Notes under the pieces: model-generated
What the model saw: the letters and a program-made list of their open reading frames with translations, nothing else
Told to the model about the DNA's origin: nothing
Databases searched by the model: none
NCBI GenBank assembly: GCA_045130875.1
Contig: JBGUQI010000019.1
Span: 419-64,418 of the forward strand
Source: Bacilli bacterium
GTDB taxonomy: Bacteria > Bacillota_I > Bacilli_A > RFN20 > CAG-826
Length of the DNA stretch: 64,000 nucleotides
Direction: 5' to 3'
Part shown: positions 47,765 to 58,288 of the stretch, piece by piece
How the letters are laid out: every line of letters starts with the position of its first letter
How positions within the stretch are numbered: position 1 is the stretch's first letter
Program-made: the position numbers and the translations under genes

Positions 47765-47808
47765 TATCGAGGTAAGCTGGGCCTCCGGGCCTGGCTTATC
47801 TATCGATA
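47765..47808 (+). other. Stable intergenic RNA stem-loop (cUCCGg tetraloop) between oppA and oppB
   Basis: tatcga-ggtaagctgggcc-TCCG-ggcctggcttatc-ta-tcgata: about 19 bp of stem with G-U pairs and no U-tract. The oppB SD follows. Confidence 0.7.
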
Positions 47809-47824
47809 GAAAAGGGGAATACAA

Positions 47825-48868
47825 ATGAGAAATACAAAGGAAATGTTAATGTATATTCTAAAAAGAGTATTGTTGATGATATTCACTTTTTTAGTTATTT
47901 TCATCATTTGTTTTACTCTTATCCGTTTATTACCTTTAGATGCCGCGACCGGTCCTGGCAAAGACCCAGAACAATTCTATATGATGCAAAGCGCTTTAGG
48001 GCGTATGTATAAAGGGAAGGACGGCGTGTGGCGCAAAACTCCAGTTATCGAGCAATTCTTTGCTTTTATTAAAAACTTATTCGTTCCCGCAAGATACGAG
48101 GCCAACGGTGAATGGCATACCGCTTCTAGATGGGGATATTCTTGGAATATTTCATGGTTAGCAACACCAGACTCTTTACTCGCTAAAGGTCTTCCACCAA
48201 CCATCTTAATTAACATCTATTCCATCATCTTATCCGTGCCATTAGGTTTAGGCCTTGGTATTTATATGGCTTTGAAGAAAAATAAATGGCAAGACTATGT
48301 CTTAAGTATCGTAGTCATGCTCCTTATTTCTGTTCCAAGCTTTGTGGATGCGTTCTTGCTCCAATATGTTTTTGCTTTTAAATTGAACTGGTTCCCGCCT
48401 GTGAGAGCAGACTTCAATGGCAGTTGGTTAACTCCAGAGATGTTTAGATCTATGATCTTACCAGTTATTTCCATGTCCTTTGGTTCTATTGCTGGCTATG
48501 CCAGATATACCAGAGCAGAATTAACTGAAGTCTTAACTAGTGACTTTATGTTATTAGCGAGAACTAAAGGTTTATCACGTGCTCAAGCCACAGTAAGACA
48601 CGCCTTTAGAAACTCCTTAGTCCCAATCTTCCCGATGATCTTAGGTGAAATTCTCTCTATTTTGAGTGGTTCAATTATTATTGAAAACATCTTCTCCGTT
48701 AATGGTGTTGGCGGCTTGTTCTTACAATCCATTCAAATGAAAGACTACGACGTTTTCCAATTCGTCGCGATGTTCTATATCTTAATCGGCTTAGTCGGAA
48801 GCCTTGTTGTTGACATTTCCTATGGACTTGTCGATCCGAGAATTCGTATGGGAGGAGGTAAACAATAA
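47825..48868 (+). CDS. oppB: Oligopeptide ABC permease
   Basis: YILKR, SVPSF, EAA loop DFMLLARTKGLS...RHAFRNSLVP and IIENIFSVNGVG. Confidence 0.93.
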   Translation: MRNTKEMLMYILKRVLLMIFTFLVIFIICFTLIRLLPLDAATGPGKDPEQFYMMQSALGRMYKGKDGVWRKTPVIEQFFAFIKNLFVPARYEANGEWHTASRWGYSWNISWLATPDSLLAKGLPPTILINIYSIILSVPLGLGLGIYMALKKNKWQDYVLSIVVMLLISVPSFVDAFLLQYVFAFKLNWFPPVRADFNGSWLTPEMFRSMILPVISMSFGSIAGYARYTRAELTEVLTSDFMLLARTKGLSRAQATVRHAFRNSLVPIFPMILGEILSILSGSIIIENIFSVNGVGGLFLQSIQMKDYDVFQFVAMFYILIGLVGSLVVDISYGLVDPRIRMGGGKQ

Positions 48869-50547
48869 TGGAAGAGAAAATTATTTACGATATTGATTCT
48901 TCAATCCCCGAAGAAGAGTTCCAATTTGCTCATAAAGAAGAAAGTATCCACGATACCAAATTCGAAACCAGACCTGTTGGTTGGTTAGAAGACTCCGTTA
49001 GACGTTTTGCGAAGAACAGAGCCTCCGTTGTCGCCGCGATTATCATCGTTATTATCGCCTTATTTGCCATCTTTGTCCCTGTCGCTTCTCCAAAATATCA
49101 TGTCAGCAAAAAGGATTTCCAATACGGTTTCCAAGACACTAACTTCAAGACCGTTCTTCCCAGAATTAAAGCCTTTAAGGGAAGTGGCTTCTGGGATGGC
49201 ACAAAAACCGTTAATATCCCCGAATTAACATATAACTACATGCAATACGATGATTCAAACTACAATCGTTGTTTGAAGACCATCAGCATCAAAGAAGAAA
49301 GAATTGGTTCCACGATTTATAGAACTTATAAAATCATGCAGGATACCTACGCAGTAGGAACCAAAGAAATCAAATTATTGCCTGAAGATTACGAAACTTT
49401 ATTAAATTATGAAATCGAAAAAGGCATTTCTTATGTCGTTGATCCCGAAGGTAACGCTAAAAAATCTATCGTTAAACCATCCGTGGATATCGATAATTAC
49501 ATCAACAACGAATTCGTGACATGGTTAGAGGAACACGAAGTATATGATGAGAACTCTATCAATAACTATATTGATAAACTATCAACATATTACAATCAAA
49601 ACCAAAACATCTTCTATAAGATTGTTCCTACCACAAAACGTGCTGGTAAACCTTCTGATACCCAATTTGAACCACTACTAGATTCAAACGGTCAAATCAT
49701 TGATTTGTATGTCAGAGATGAATCTAACAAGTTAGTATTTGGCGTTTTAGATAATGGCTTATATACAGTCCGTGTCGATTACTACGACTACTTCACTTAT
49801 CGATATGGTTTTGAACCAAACTATGTCTTTGGTGCAAACCAATATGGTCAAGATATCTTATTAAGATTAGCACTAGGTGCTAGATTCTCCTTATTGTTAG
49901 GTATCGGCATCTCCCTCATCAACTTCCTAATTGGTCTTGTTTGGGGCGCTGTCAGTGGCTATTTCGGTGGCAAAGTCGACTTAGTTATGGAACGTATCAC
50001 CGATATCATCGCCAATGTACCGACAATTATCATCATGACCATCATGCAGATTCAGTTAACAAACAACATGGAATTAAAAGCGGTCATTGGCACAGCCGGT
50101 ACGATTGTCTTAGCCATCCTGATTGCGTTTATTTATAACGGATGGGTAGGCGTCGCATCTACGACACGTATGCAATTCTATAGATTTAAAGGGCAAGAGT
50201 ATGTCTTAGCTTCTAGAACACTAGGCGCCAGAGACTCACGTCTAATCTTTAAACACATCTTACCTAATGCCGCAGGTACATTAGTCACATCAAGTGTTTT
50301 GATGATTCCTGGTGTCATCTTCTCTGAAAGTAGCTTATCTTACTTAGGAATTATCAACTTCTCCACAAGTGGCATTTGCTCCATCGGTGCATTATTAAAT
50401 GAAGGTCAAGCCGCGAGTATTCAATATTACCCCCATGTTTTATTGTTCCCCGCGATTGTCATTTCATTATTAATGATTTCATTTAACTTATTCGGCAACG
50501 GTCTCCGTGATGCCTTCAATACAACTTTAAGAGGAAGCGAGGAATAG
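48868..50547 (+). CDS. oppC: Oligopeptide ABC permease with large extracellular insert
   Basis: RRFAKNR, FGANQYGQD, EYVLASRTLGA...HILPN and FNLFGNGLRDA. Confidence 0.93.
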   Translation: MEEKIIYDIDSSIPEEEFQFAHKEESIHDTKFETRPVGWLEDSVRRFAKNRASVVAAIIIVIIALFAIFVPVASPKYHVSKKDFQYGFQDTNFKTVLPRIKAFKGSGFWDGTKTVNIPELTYNYMQYDDSNYNRCLKTISIKEERIGSTIYRTYKIMQDTYAVGTKEIKLLPEDYETLLNYEIEKGISYVVDPEGNAKKSIVKPSVDIDNYINNEFVTWLEEHEVYDENSINNYIDKLSTYYNQNQNIFYKIVPTTKRAGKPSDTQFEPLLDSNGQIIDLYVRDESNKLVFGVLDNGLYTVRVDYYDYFTYRYGFEPNYVFGANQYGQDILLRLALGARFSLLLGIGISLINFLIGLVWGAVSGYFGGKVDLVMERITDIIANVPTIIIMTIMQIQLTNNMELKAVIGTAGTIVLAILIAFIYNGWVGVASTTRMQFYRFKGQEYVLASRTLGARDSRLIFKHILPNAAGTLVTSSVLMIPGVIFSESSLSYLGIINFSTSGICSIGALLNEGQAASIQYYPHVLLFPAIVISLLMISFNLFGNGLRDAFNTTLRGSEE

Positions 50548-50552
50548 TTTTT

Positions 50553-52292
50553 ATGGCAGAAAAACAAGAAAAAATTCTCGAAGTAAAAAATCTTCGTATC
50601 TCCTTTAAAACCAATACCGGTACCGTCAAAGCGGTCCGTGGTATTGACTTCTCCCTCTATAGAGGAAGAACATTAGCCATCGTCGGTGAATCCGGTTCTG
50701 GTAAATCTGTTACCAGTAAAGCTATCTTAGGTATTTTAGCGAACAACAAGATTATTGAAGATGGTGAAATCTTATATGATGGCAAAGACTTATTATCCTT
50801 ACCAGAACATAAGTTCACTAAAGTGAGAGGTGTGAAAATCTCCATGATCTTCCAAGATCCTCTCTCCGCTTTAAACCCCATTATGAAAGTCGGTAAACAA
50901 CTTACCGAAGCCATGTATTTGGAACACAAAGCTATCAAGAGAGAATCTAAGAAAATCGTCAAGAAATTCAATGCTCGCTTAGATAAAATTAGTAAACCTT
51001 ACACTGACGAGACTTTTAGAGTTTTAGTCAAAGAAGAAGTCCCTGCATTCTTAAAGAGACTAGATGATCTCAAGATTGCCGCGGAACAACTAGAAGAAAG
51101 AGCGTTAAAAGATAAAGAAACTTTTGATATCAAAGTTATCACTCAAGAAGTTAACAAGATTAAGAAAGTTATCAATAAAGCAGTCTCTATTCTCCAACAA
51201 GACACTGATGATGTCATCGATGTCTACTGCGTCTTGATGAAAAACTATATCGCTTCTTACAAGAACGCCATTAAATTAGCCAAGCACAGAGAAGAAGTCT
51301 TCGCTAAATTCAATGTCGATAACATCTTTGATGTTCCAGCGAAATACCGCACCAAAGAAAGAGAGATTATCCTAGATAAAGATGTCTATTATCAAAATAT
51401 GGTCAAATTGACCGATAGAATGATTAGACATGTCGAAGAAGAGATGGTCTTCTATAAGAATGTCGATGATGCCTTTACAGAAAGCACAATCAAATACTAC
51501 AAAGATAATGTCGAGAAGATGAATTCTGTCTTAACCCGTGCCCAAACCAAAGCACGCGCTATTGAATTAATGAAAGAAGTCGGTATTCCTGAACCAGAAA
51601 GAAGATTCTACCAATATCCATTTGAGTTCTCTGGTGGTATGAGACAAAGAATCGTCATCGCTATCGCCTTAAGTGGTAATCCAGAAATATTAATCTGTGA
51701 CGAACCAACTACCGCGTTAGACGTGACCATCCAAGCTCAAATCTTAGAATTAATCAATAGATTAAAGGCTGAAAAGAACTTATCCATCATCTTCATCACC
51801 CACGACTTAGGTGTCGTCGCCAATATGGCGGATGATATCGCCGTTATGTACGCGGGTAAAATTGTCGAATACGGAACTGTCTATGATATCTTCTATGATC
51901 CTAGACATCCATATACATGGGCATTATTAGGTTCTATGCCCGACTTAGATACCAAAGGTAAACTCGATGCGATTCCTGGTACCCCACCAAATATGTTATT
52001 ACCTCCTAGAGGTGATGCCTTCGCAGCGAGAAATACCTTCGCTATCGCTCTTGATTACAAACAAGAACCACCATTCTTCCAAATTAGTGAAACTCACTTT
52101 GTGAAAACATGGCTCGCTCATAAGAGCGCGCCCGATGTTGAAATTCCTAAGACAGTACGAGAAAGAATTATCAATTCCTTAAAGAATAATCCCGCTAATA
52201 AGCCAAGTTATACTTTAACGAAGAATTCTATCTTAGAAACTATCAAGGAAGAAAAACCTCAAGCAAAATCTAAAAAGAAGGAGGCTAAATAA
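50553..52292 (+). CDS. oppD: Oligopeptide ABC ATPase with helical insertion
   Basis: GESGSGKS, IFQDP, YPFEFSGGMRQR, DEPTTALD and HPYT. An insert of about 190 aa follows the Q-loop. Confidence 0.93.
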   Translation: MAEKQEKILEVKNLRISFKTNTGTVKAVRGIDFSLYRGRTLAIVGESGSGKSVTSKAILGILANNKIIEDGEILYDGKDLLSLPEHKFTKVRGVKISMIFQDPLSALNPIMKVGKQLTEAMYLEHKAIKRESKKIVKKFNARLDKISKPYTDETFRVLVKEEVPAFLKRLDDLKIAAEQLEERALKDKETFDIKVITQEVNKIKKVINKAVSILQQDTDDVIDVYCVLMKNYIASYKNAIKLAKHREEVFAKFNVDNIFDVPAKYRTKEREIILDKDVYYQNMVKLTDRMIRHVEEEMVFYKNVDDAFTESTIKYYKDNVEKMNSVLTRAQTKARAIELMKEVGIPEPERRFYQYPFEFSGGMRQRIVIAIALSGNPEILICDEPTTALDVTIQAQILELINRLKAEKNLSIIFITHDLGVVANMADDIAVMYAGKIVEYGTVYDIFYDPRHPYTWALLGSMPDLDTKGKLDAIPGTPPNMLLPPRGDAFAARNTFAIALDYKQEPPFFQISETHFVKTWLAHKSAPDVEIPKTVRERIINSLKNNPANKPSYTLTKNSILETIKEEKPQAKSKKKEAK

Positions 52293-52294
52293 TC

Positions 52295-53728
52295 ATGGCA
52301 AAAGCAAAGATTGAAAACTACGCCTCCAATAAAGAAGTCCCTGTCGTGGAATTAGAGCATCCTAACGAATCCTTCAACTATAAGGATGCAGAAACCATCT
52401 TAAGTGTTAGACACTTAAAGCAATACTTCCGCTTCGGTAGAGGGGAATTCAAATACACCAAAGCCGTTCACGATGTCAGTTTTGATGTCTATAAAGGTGA
52501 GGTTTTCGGTTTAGTGGGTGAATCTGGATGTGGTAAAACCACAACTGGTAGAAGCATCATTAAACTCTATAAAATCACTTCTGGTGATGTCTGGTTCAAA
52601 GGTGTGAGAATCGCCGCGGGAACTAGATGGAATGAAAAAGAAATTAAATTCACCCTCATTCGTTTAAGAAAAGCTTTGAAGGAAATTGATAATTTAGAGA
52701 AAGATGAAATTCAATCTCTCTCTTCTGAAGAAGACGATTACAAAGAAAAAGTCGCCGCTATCAAAGCTAAATACGATGCATTAAGAAAAGAAAAGACTGA
52801 TGCCGCTAAAGCCATTGTCGATGAGCAGAGAATCAAGATTCGTGCCGCTAAACACGATGATGTCCACTGCAACGATGATATCGTCAAAGCGGAAACCGCT
52901 CGTGTCAAAGCTAAATACGAACATCTCTTCAAACCAGAGAATCTCGTTAAGAAAGCTAAATTAAATCCTGAAGAACCGGAAAATAAAAAGGTTTTAGAAG
53001 AACATGCTGAGTATTTGAAGGAATTAAGAGAAGCGAAACAAGCTTCTATTACCCGTAAGATGCAGATGATCTTCCAAGATCCAATCGCTAGCTTAAATCC
53101 TCGTATGACAGTTAGAAACATCATTGCCGAAGGTTTAATTATTAAAGGCGTGAGAGATAAAGACTTCATCTCCAAAGAAGTCAATAGAGTGCTCGAATTA
53201 GTTGGTTTATTACCCGAACACGCGAATAGATATCCTCACGAATTCTCCGGTGGACAAAGACAACGTATCGGTATCGCTCGTGCGATTATCATGAATCCTG
53301 AACTCATCATCGCTGATGAACCAGTCTCCGCCTTAGACGTCTCTATTCAAGCCCAAGTTATTAACTTATTAAATGACTTAAGACATGAATTAGGACTCAC
53401 CATTCTCTTTATCGCTCACAACTTGTCAGTTGTTAAATATTTCTGTGATAGAATCGCGGTTATGTATTATGGAAGATTGATGGAACTCACCACTTCTGAT
53501 GAATTATTCAAGCATCCATTACATCCATATACCAAATCACTATTATCTGCGGTTCCTCGTCCAGATCCTAACATCGAACAAGGAAGAACGAGAATTACCT
53601 ATAATCCAAGAACTGACCATGATTATAGCCAGCAAGAACCCACATTTAGAGAAATCGTTCCTGGTCACTTCGTCAGATGTAATGATGAAGAAGAAGCCAG
53701 ATATCTCGAAGAGATAAAAGGAAAATAG
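52295..53728 (+). CDS. oppF: Oligopeptide ABC ATPase with charged insertion
   Basis: GESGCGKT, MIFQDP, YPHEFSGGQRQR, DEPVSALD and HPYT. An insert of about 150 aa precedes the Q-loop. Confidence 0.93.
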   Translation: MAKAKIENYASNKEVPVVELEHPNESFNYKDAETILSVRHLKQYFRFGRGEFKYTKAVHDVSFDVYKGEVFGLVGESGCGKTTTGRSIIKLYKITSGDVWFKGVRIAAGTRWNEKEIKFTLIRLRKALKEIDNLEKDEIQSLSSEEDDYKEKVAAIKAKYDALRKEKTDAAKAIVDEQRIKIRAAKHDDVHCNDDIVKAETARVKAKYEHLFKPENLVKKAKLNPEEPENKKVLEEHAEYLKELREAKQASITRKMQMIFQDPIASLNPRMTVRNIIAEGLIIKGVRDKDFISKEVNRVLELVGLLPEHANRYPHEFSGGQRQRIGIARAIIMNPELIIADEPVSALDVSIQAQVINLLNDLRHELGLTILFIAHNLSVVKYFCDRIAVMYYGRLMELTTSDELFKHPLHPYTKSLLSAVPRPDPNIEQGRTRITYNPRTDHDYSQQEPTFREIVPGHFVRCNDEEEARYLEEIKGK

Positions 53729-53729
53729 A

Positions 53730-54188
53730 ATGAACGAAGAACTCCCTAAAGAAGTTCCCTCTAAACAAGGATCCAAAAAAGGATACCTTATCGGATTAGC
53801 AATATCATTTGCAATCACGACATTAATTGCTGGTCTCCTCATCATCATCGAAGTATTTGGATTAAAACTCACCTTTGAACAAGATAGTTATCTCATCATG
53901 ATTGATGCCTGCACGATATCCGGCGGGTTGATGCTACTATTCTGGGTAATAGTATTACTAACTAATGAAGGGGCCTTTGATTTAATCGCTTATTCCATCA
54001 AATTAGTTTGGTACAATACTTTCCATAAATCTTTGCGAAAAGTCAAATTAGCGAGAAATTACGCTGAATATCGCGAAGAAAAAAGACAAAAAGGTAAGGT
54101 TAATATGAGCTTTATAGCTCTCGGGGGTGCGCCTTACTTACTCGCAGGATTAATTCTGCTTATCCCCTATTACGCAATTGTTAGATAA
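53730..54188 (+). CDS. DUF3899-like membrane protein
   Basis: 3 TM segments, EGAFDLIAYS motif and basic YxEYREEK segment. Directly after oppF. Confidence 0.7.
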   Translation: MNEELPKEVPSKQGSKKGYLIGLAISFAITTLIAGLLIIIEVFGLKLTFEQDSYLIMIDACTISGGLMLLFWVIVLLTNEGAFDLIAYSIKLVWYNTFHKSLRKVKLARNYAEYREEKRQKGKVNMSFIALGGAPYLLAGLILLIPYYAIVR

Positions 54189-54201
54189 AGGAGGAAAGAA
54201 T

Positions 54202-55890
54202 ATGAAAGGAAAAATTCTTCTTACTCTTAGTGTGATGCTCGCGATGACACTCGTCGCCTGTGACACTAAAAAACCCAGTGACAACTCCTCTTCCAATGAA
54301 TCTTCTCAACATTCTTCCGTTTCCAGTGAAACTTGGGAAGGTAAAACCAATGAAGATTTTGAATTAGGCAAAGTCACTTATATGGATGGCAACGTCGAAA
54401 AACCATTGAACAGAAACGTGCTTTACACAAATGCTGGAAGCCCACACGTCACTGGTTACGACATCGATGGCGAAGCCACAATCCACGCGATGGTCGTCCC
54501 ATTCGGTTTCACCGATGCTGACTTACAAGACCGTCAAACCGCCGCTAATATCGAAAGATTCAAAACTTGTTTCTTCGGAACAAACGAAGAAATCCAAGCT
54601 AAAGGTGGTTTATATAGCTTAGCGGGATTCTACAAACAATCATCTTATGGTATGAGCAACTTCGAAGGCGAAGTCTTACCAACATGGGTTATGTATAGCG
54701 GATCCACAAGCGATTTCGCAAGCGCTGCTGGTGGTAGCGGTGGCATTACTGCTTCCTCATATATCCGTAGCTGGTATATGACTGAATACGCCAAAGAAAA
54801 CCATGGTGATTTAGGCGAAGATGCCCATCCATTAACTTGGTTCGATGCCAACAATGATGGTTACATCGACTTAATCTGGATCGTCTACTCCAAAGACTAT
54901 AGATCCAGCACCGACTGGTGGGCATATGTCACATATACCGGAAACCGTCCTGATAAGAACAACCCAACCGTTAAGACATTAGCTTGGGCCTCTATGAGAT
55001 TCTTAGATAATGGTTATGGTGGTTATGACACCCACACATTCATCCATGAAACTGGCCATACTTATGGTTTAGATGACTATTATGACTACAACGATATGTG
55101 GGCCCCAATGGGTGGTGTCGATTACATGGATCACAACTTAGGTGATCACAGCATGTTCTCCAAATTCACCTTAGGTTGGACCAAACCATGGATTGTTGAT
55201 GATGATGCTTTAATTACATTAAGACCTGGAACCACTACTGGCGACTGCTTCGTTCTTCCTTCTCCAGGATATAACGGCACCGCCTTTGATGAATACATGA
55301 TGGTCGAGTTGATGGCGCCAGTTGGCCTTGCCGCACAAGACTATAAGAACGGCTATCAATACACCACTGGTTATTCACAACCTGGTATCCGTGTCACACA
55401 CGTTGATAACCGTGTTTATGCCGGTAGCCATGATGTCGCATTAACCGATAATCCAGAAACTGGTTTATATCCCAGAATTGGTAATTCCCATATGGGTAGA
55501 AGCGGCGTTAAATCTGATGGTGACTATTGGACTCATGAAGATGGTACCAGAACTTCTTATAGCCAATTCTCCATCATGGAAGCTAACTGCGATCCAGAGA
55601 AGAACTGGACCATGACCAGCACCTATAATGCCACCAATGGTTCATTATTCAAAAAGAATGGTTTCTTCAACTTGAAATCTAACTGGGGTTGGGCTAAGAC
55701 CTTCATGCCAAGTAAGACTAACTTATGGAATAAAGCCAAAACCACAACTGGTTGGACTGGTAAAGATACCCAAACATATGAGATTGATGAAACTTGTACC
55801 TTCAACTACAGCTTAAAGGTTGTCTCCATTGAAGAAGATGCCGAATACGGCTATGTTGCTAAAGTCCAAGTGACCGCCAACGCATATTAA
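54202..55890 (+). CDS. M6 (immune inhibitor A-like) zinc metalloprotease lipoprotein
   Basis: SD aaaggagg, lipobox LVA-C, FYKQSSYG, DANNDGYID, HETGHTYGLDDYYDY, Met-turn DYMD, KxxLGW and FDEYxxxE. Confidence 0.88.
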   Translation: MKGKILLTLSVMLAMTLVACDTKKPSDNSSSNESSQHSSVSSETWEGKTNEDFELGKVTYMDGNVEKPLNRNVLYTNAGSPHVTGYDIDGEATIHAMVVPFGFTDADLQDRQTAANIERFKTCFFGTNEEIQAKGGLYSLAGFYKQSSYGMSNFEGEVLPTWVMYSGSTSDFASAAGGSGGITASSYIRSWYMTEYAKENHGDLGEDAHPLTWFDANNDGYIDLIWIVYSKDYRSSTDWWAYVTYTGNRPDKNNPTVKTLAWASMRFLDNGYGGYDTHTFIHETGHTYGLDDYYDYNDMWAPMGGVDYMDHNLGDHSMFSKFTLGWTKPWIVDDDALITLRPGTTTGDCFVLPSPGYNGTAFDEYMMVELMAPVGLAAQDYKNGYQYTTGYSQPGIRVTHVDNRVYAGSHDVALTDNPETGLYPRIGNSHMGRSGVKSDGDYWTHEDGTRTSYSQFSIMEANCDPEKNWTMTSTYNATNGSLFKKNGFFNLKSNWGWAKTFMPSKTNLWNKAKTTTGWTGKDTQTYEIDETCTFNYSLKVVSIEEDAEYGYVAKVQVTANAY

Positions 55891-55913
55891 TAAATTAATA
55901 AATTAAAACAATG

Positions 55914-55945
55914 AAAAACAGGGCCTCAAAACCCTGTTTTCTTTT
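55914..55945. terminator. Bidirectional intrinsic terminator
   Basis: aaaacaggg-N8-ccctgttttctttt between the convergent protease genes. Confidence 0.75.
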
Positions 55946-56021
55946 GTTATGTAAACTTAAGCGTATTTTTTAAATAAATCTCTAAAATCGCCTGTTTTGC
56001 GGTATTTTTCTGATATTCTCA

Positions 56022-58187
56022 CTATTTGTAGAATCTGAGTCTCGCACTATCGAGGGTTACAGATTCAAAATCGATCTTCCAAGTGAATGTTTCACCATTA
56101 TCCATCTTGGTAACACTTCTACCAGATTTGGATAAGAATTTCGCGTAATTAGCAAAGGTGAAGGTATCACCAGTTTGGAATAAATCGGAATTATTTAAAT
56201 AGTGACGGCCATATTCGCTACCAAATGTGTCGGTGCCACCCTTTTGAATGAGGGCTAATAATTTCATATCCGCACATTCGCTAGGATTATATTGTCCATA
56301 ACCACAAGCGGTATAATCACTGGAATTGTTTGGGCCAATGGCGATGGTTTGTGTACTGCCCCAAGTAGAAGTATCAATAGAAACTTCTCTACCAGTATTT
56401 AAACAATATAAACGGCTATCGACGTGATACATTCTAATGCCATAATTCCCTAGATTATTTCCGGCATAGTAATAATTCCAACTGTCCCAGAATTCGCTAT
56501 TTAAGCCTTTATTGGAGAATAATTCAATGAGGAAGTATTCATCGAAAGCGGAACCGTTCCAAGTATCATAATTTGCGGGAACTAAGATACAATCGCCTGT
56601 TGTCACCGCATCACCAATTTCAATAGTGAAATCGTCTTCACCACCAGTGATGACATAAGGAGAAACTAAACCGACGGATAATTTGGAATAGGAATTCCAG
56701 TCAAACATATTATGGGATTGCATATCCGCACCACCGACATAGTTAATCTCTGACATACCATTGTCGGAATAATCATAGTAATCATCTAAACCAAAGATAT
56801 GACCTTGTTCATGGATTTGAGTGATGGAATCGTTAGTGTGGTTAATTGCCCCAATACTATATGTATTAATTGTCGGATTAGCGTGTGTACCACTATCACC
56901 AATACTGCTCTTATGAGGCCACAAAGGTCCGGCCCAAGTGTTCGCATTGTAATTGGTTAAGAAATGAATATTATCAAATGTACCATTGTTATCTTGATCG
57001 TATTCTGACCAATTCACATTGCTATAAGCTGAATTGCTCTTGACCCAGTTAAGCGCTCTTCTCATCATTCCATATAATGTGCTATAAGAACTGTCGTTAT
57101 TGATTTTTTCGACGGTATAATCATCGGAACTCTCGGTATAGATTTCGGAAATGATACCAGAGAAATTCATATAATCATGAGACATGGATTTGTAATAATT
57201 TACAAATGATGTCGCACTATTACCAAAATAGTACTCATTTAAATTATTGCGGGTTGTGCTTGTCCAGTTGGTGACATTAGAACTATTACTAGATTTTAAA
57301 TTGATAGGAATAACTAAAATCTTAGGATTCTCCACGATTGGTGAATTATAGTCATCAACATCATGGGCCACTAAAGTTAAATCTTCTTTATCAACACGTT
57401 CAAAAGCCTTGGCTAATTCAAAGTCTAATGTTTGAGAAACATTACCAATGGTAACCACTAAGTGGTATTCAGTACCGCCACTCAATGGATCGGTAATGAT
57501 ATCGGTATTTGGTTCAGCATCACTGTGAAGAACAAGATTGACATATCCATTGTTATCTGTGAGTTCGTAAATCTCTTGACCGTGTTCTCTCCAATTAATA
57601 TCTAAGCGAAGGTGAACTTTATTGGATACTATTTCATTCTTGGCATAACTATTTAATAATGTGGCTTCAAAAGAGACACATTCATCATTTCTCTCTTCTA
57701 AAACACTATTAAATGTATTGGTTTCTGTGGTAGTAAGAGATTTGGTAACTCCATTTAAGGAATAAGATATCTTGACTTTGGAAGAATATTTACCCGCTCT
57801 AACGACAGGTCTATTTTTCGCACATTCGTAATCATCTAAAGAAGAGAAAGAAAGAATATCAACACTGAATCCTTCGGTGATTTTACTAGTTGTGCCATCT
57901 GTGTATTTGACTAAAAGTCTAATGGATAAACTAGATTCATAAATATCACCTGTCAAATATGACGTTTTGATAAAGTCTTTAGAAATACTCTTTAAAACTT
58001 TGTTTTCCACGACTTCAGAACTGCTGGATTCAGATTCACTTTCCGAAGAAGAAATGCTTTCTGATTGTTCTTCTGAAGAAGAGGAAGAACTACTGTTACC
58101 ACTAGGAATAGACCATGCTTCAAATTCCGAGCATGATGCTAGTAATAATGGTAGACATAACACCGCAAGAATAGTTTTCTTTTTCAT
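56022..58187 (-). CDS. M6-like zinc metalloprotease lipoprotein with N-terminal Ig-like region
   Basis: Lipobox LLAS-C, S/E tether, KTSYLTGD Ig-like start, DQDNNGTFD, WPH, HEQGHIFGLDDYYDY, FDEYFLIE and GIRMYHVDSR. Confidence 0.85.
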   Translation of the reverse strand: MKKKTILAVLCLPLLLASCSEFEAWSIPSGNSSSSSSSEEQSESISSSESESESSSSEVVENKVLKSISKDFIKTSYLTGDIYESSLSIRLLVKYTDGTTSKITEGFSVDILSFSSLDDYECAKNRPVVRAGKYSSKVKISYSLNGVTKSLTTTETNTFNSVLEERNDECVSFEATLLNSYAKNEIVSNKVHLRLDINWREHGQEIYELTDNNGYVNLVLHSDAEPNTDIITDPLSGGTEYHLVVTIGNVSQTLDFELAKAFERVDKEDLTLVAHDVDDYNSPIVENPKILVIPINLKSSNSSNVTNWTSTTRNNLNEYYFGNSATSFVNYYKSMSHDYMNFSGIISEIYTESSDDYTVEKINNDSSYSTLYGMMRRALNWVKSNSAYSNVNWSEYDQDNNGTFDNIHFLTNYNANTWAGPLWPHKSSIGDSGTHANPTINTYSIGAINHTNDSITQIHEQGHIFGLDDYYDYSDNGMSEINYVGGADMQSHNMFDWNSYSKLSVGLVSPYVITGGEDDFTIEIGDAVTTGDCILVPANYDTWNGSAFDEYFLIELFSNKGLNSEFWDSWNYYYAGNNLGNYGIRMYHVDSRLYCLNTGREVSIDTSTWGSTQTIAIGPNNSSDYTACGYGQYNPSECADMKLLALIQKGGTDTFGSEYGRHYLNNSDLFQTGDTFTFANYAKFLSKSGRSVTKMDNGETFTWKIDFESVTLDSARLRFYK

Positions 58188-58236
58188 ACAAATACCCCCT
58201 AAAGGATGATAATACTATATCACCTTTTTAAATAAT

Positions 58237-58268
58237 AAAAAAAGGAGTGTTGTTTAATAAACACTCCT
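58237..58268 (-). terminator. Intrinsic terminator
   Basis: aggagtgtt-N8-aacactcct followed by a T-run on the minus strand. Confidence 0.75.
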
Positions 58269-58288
58269 AATTGTTTGATTTGATCTTA

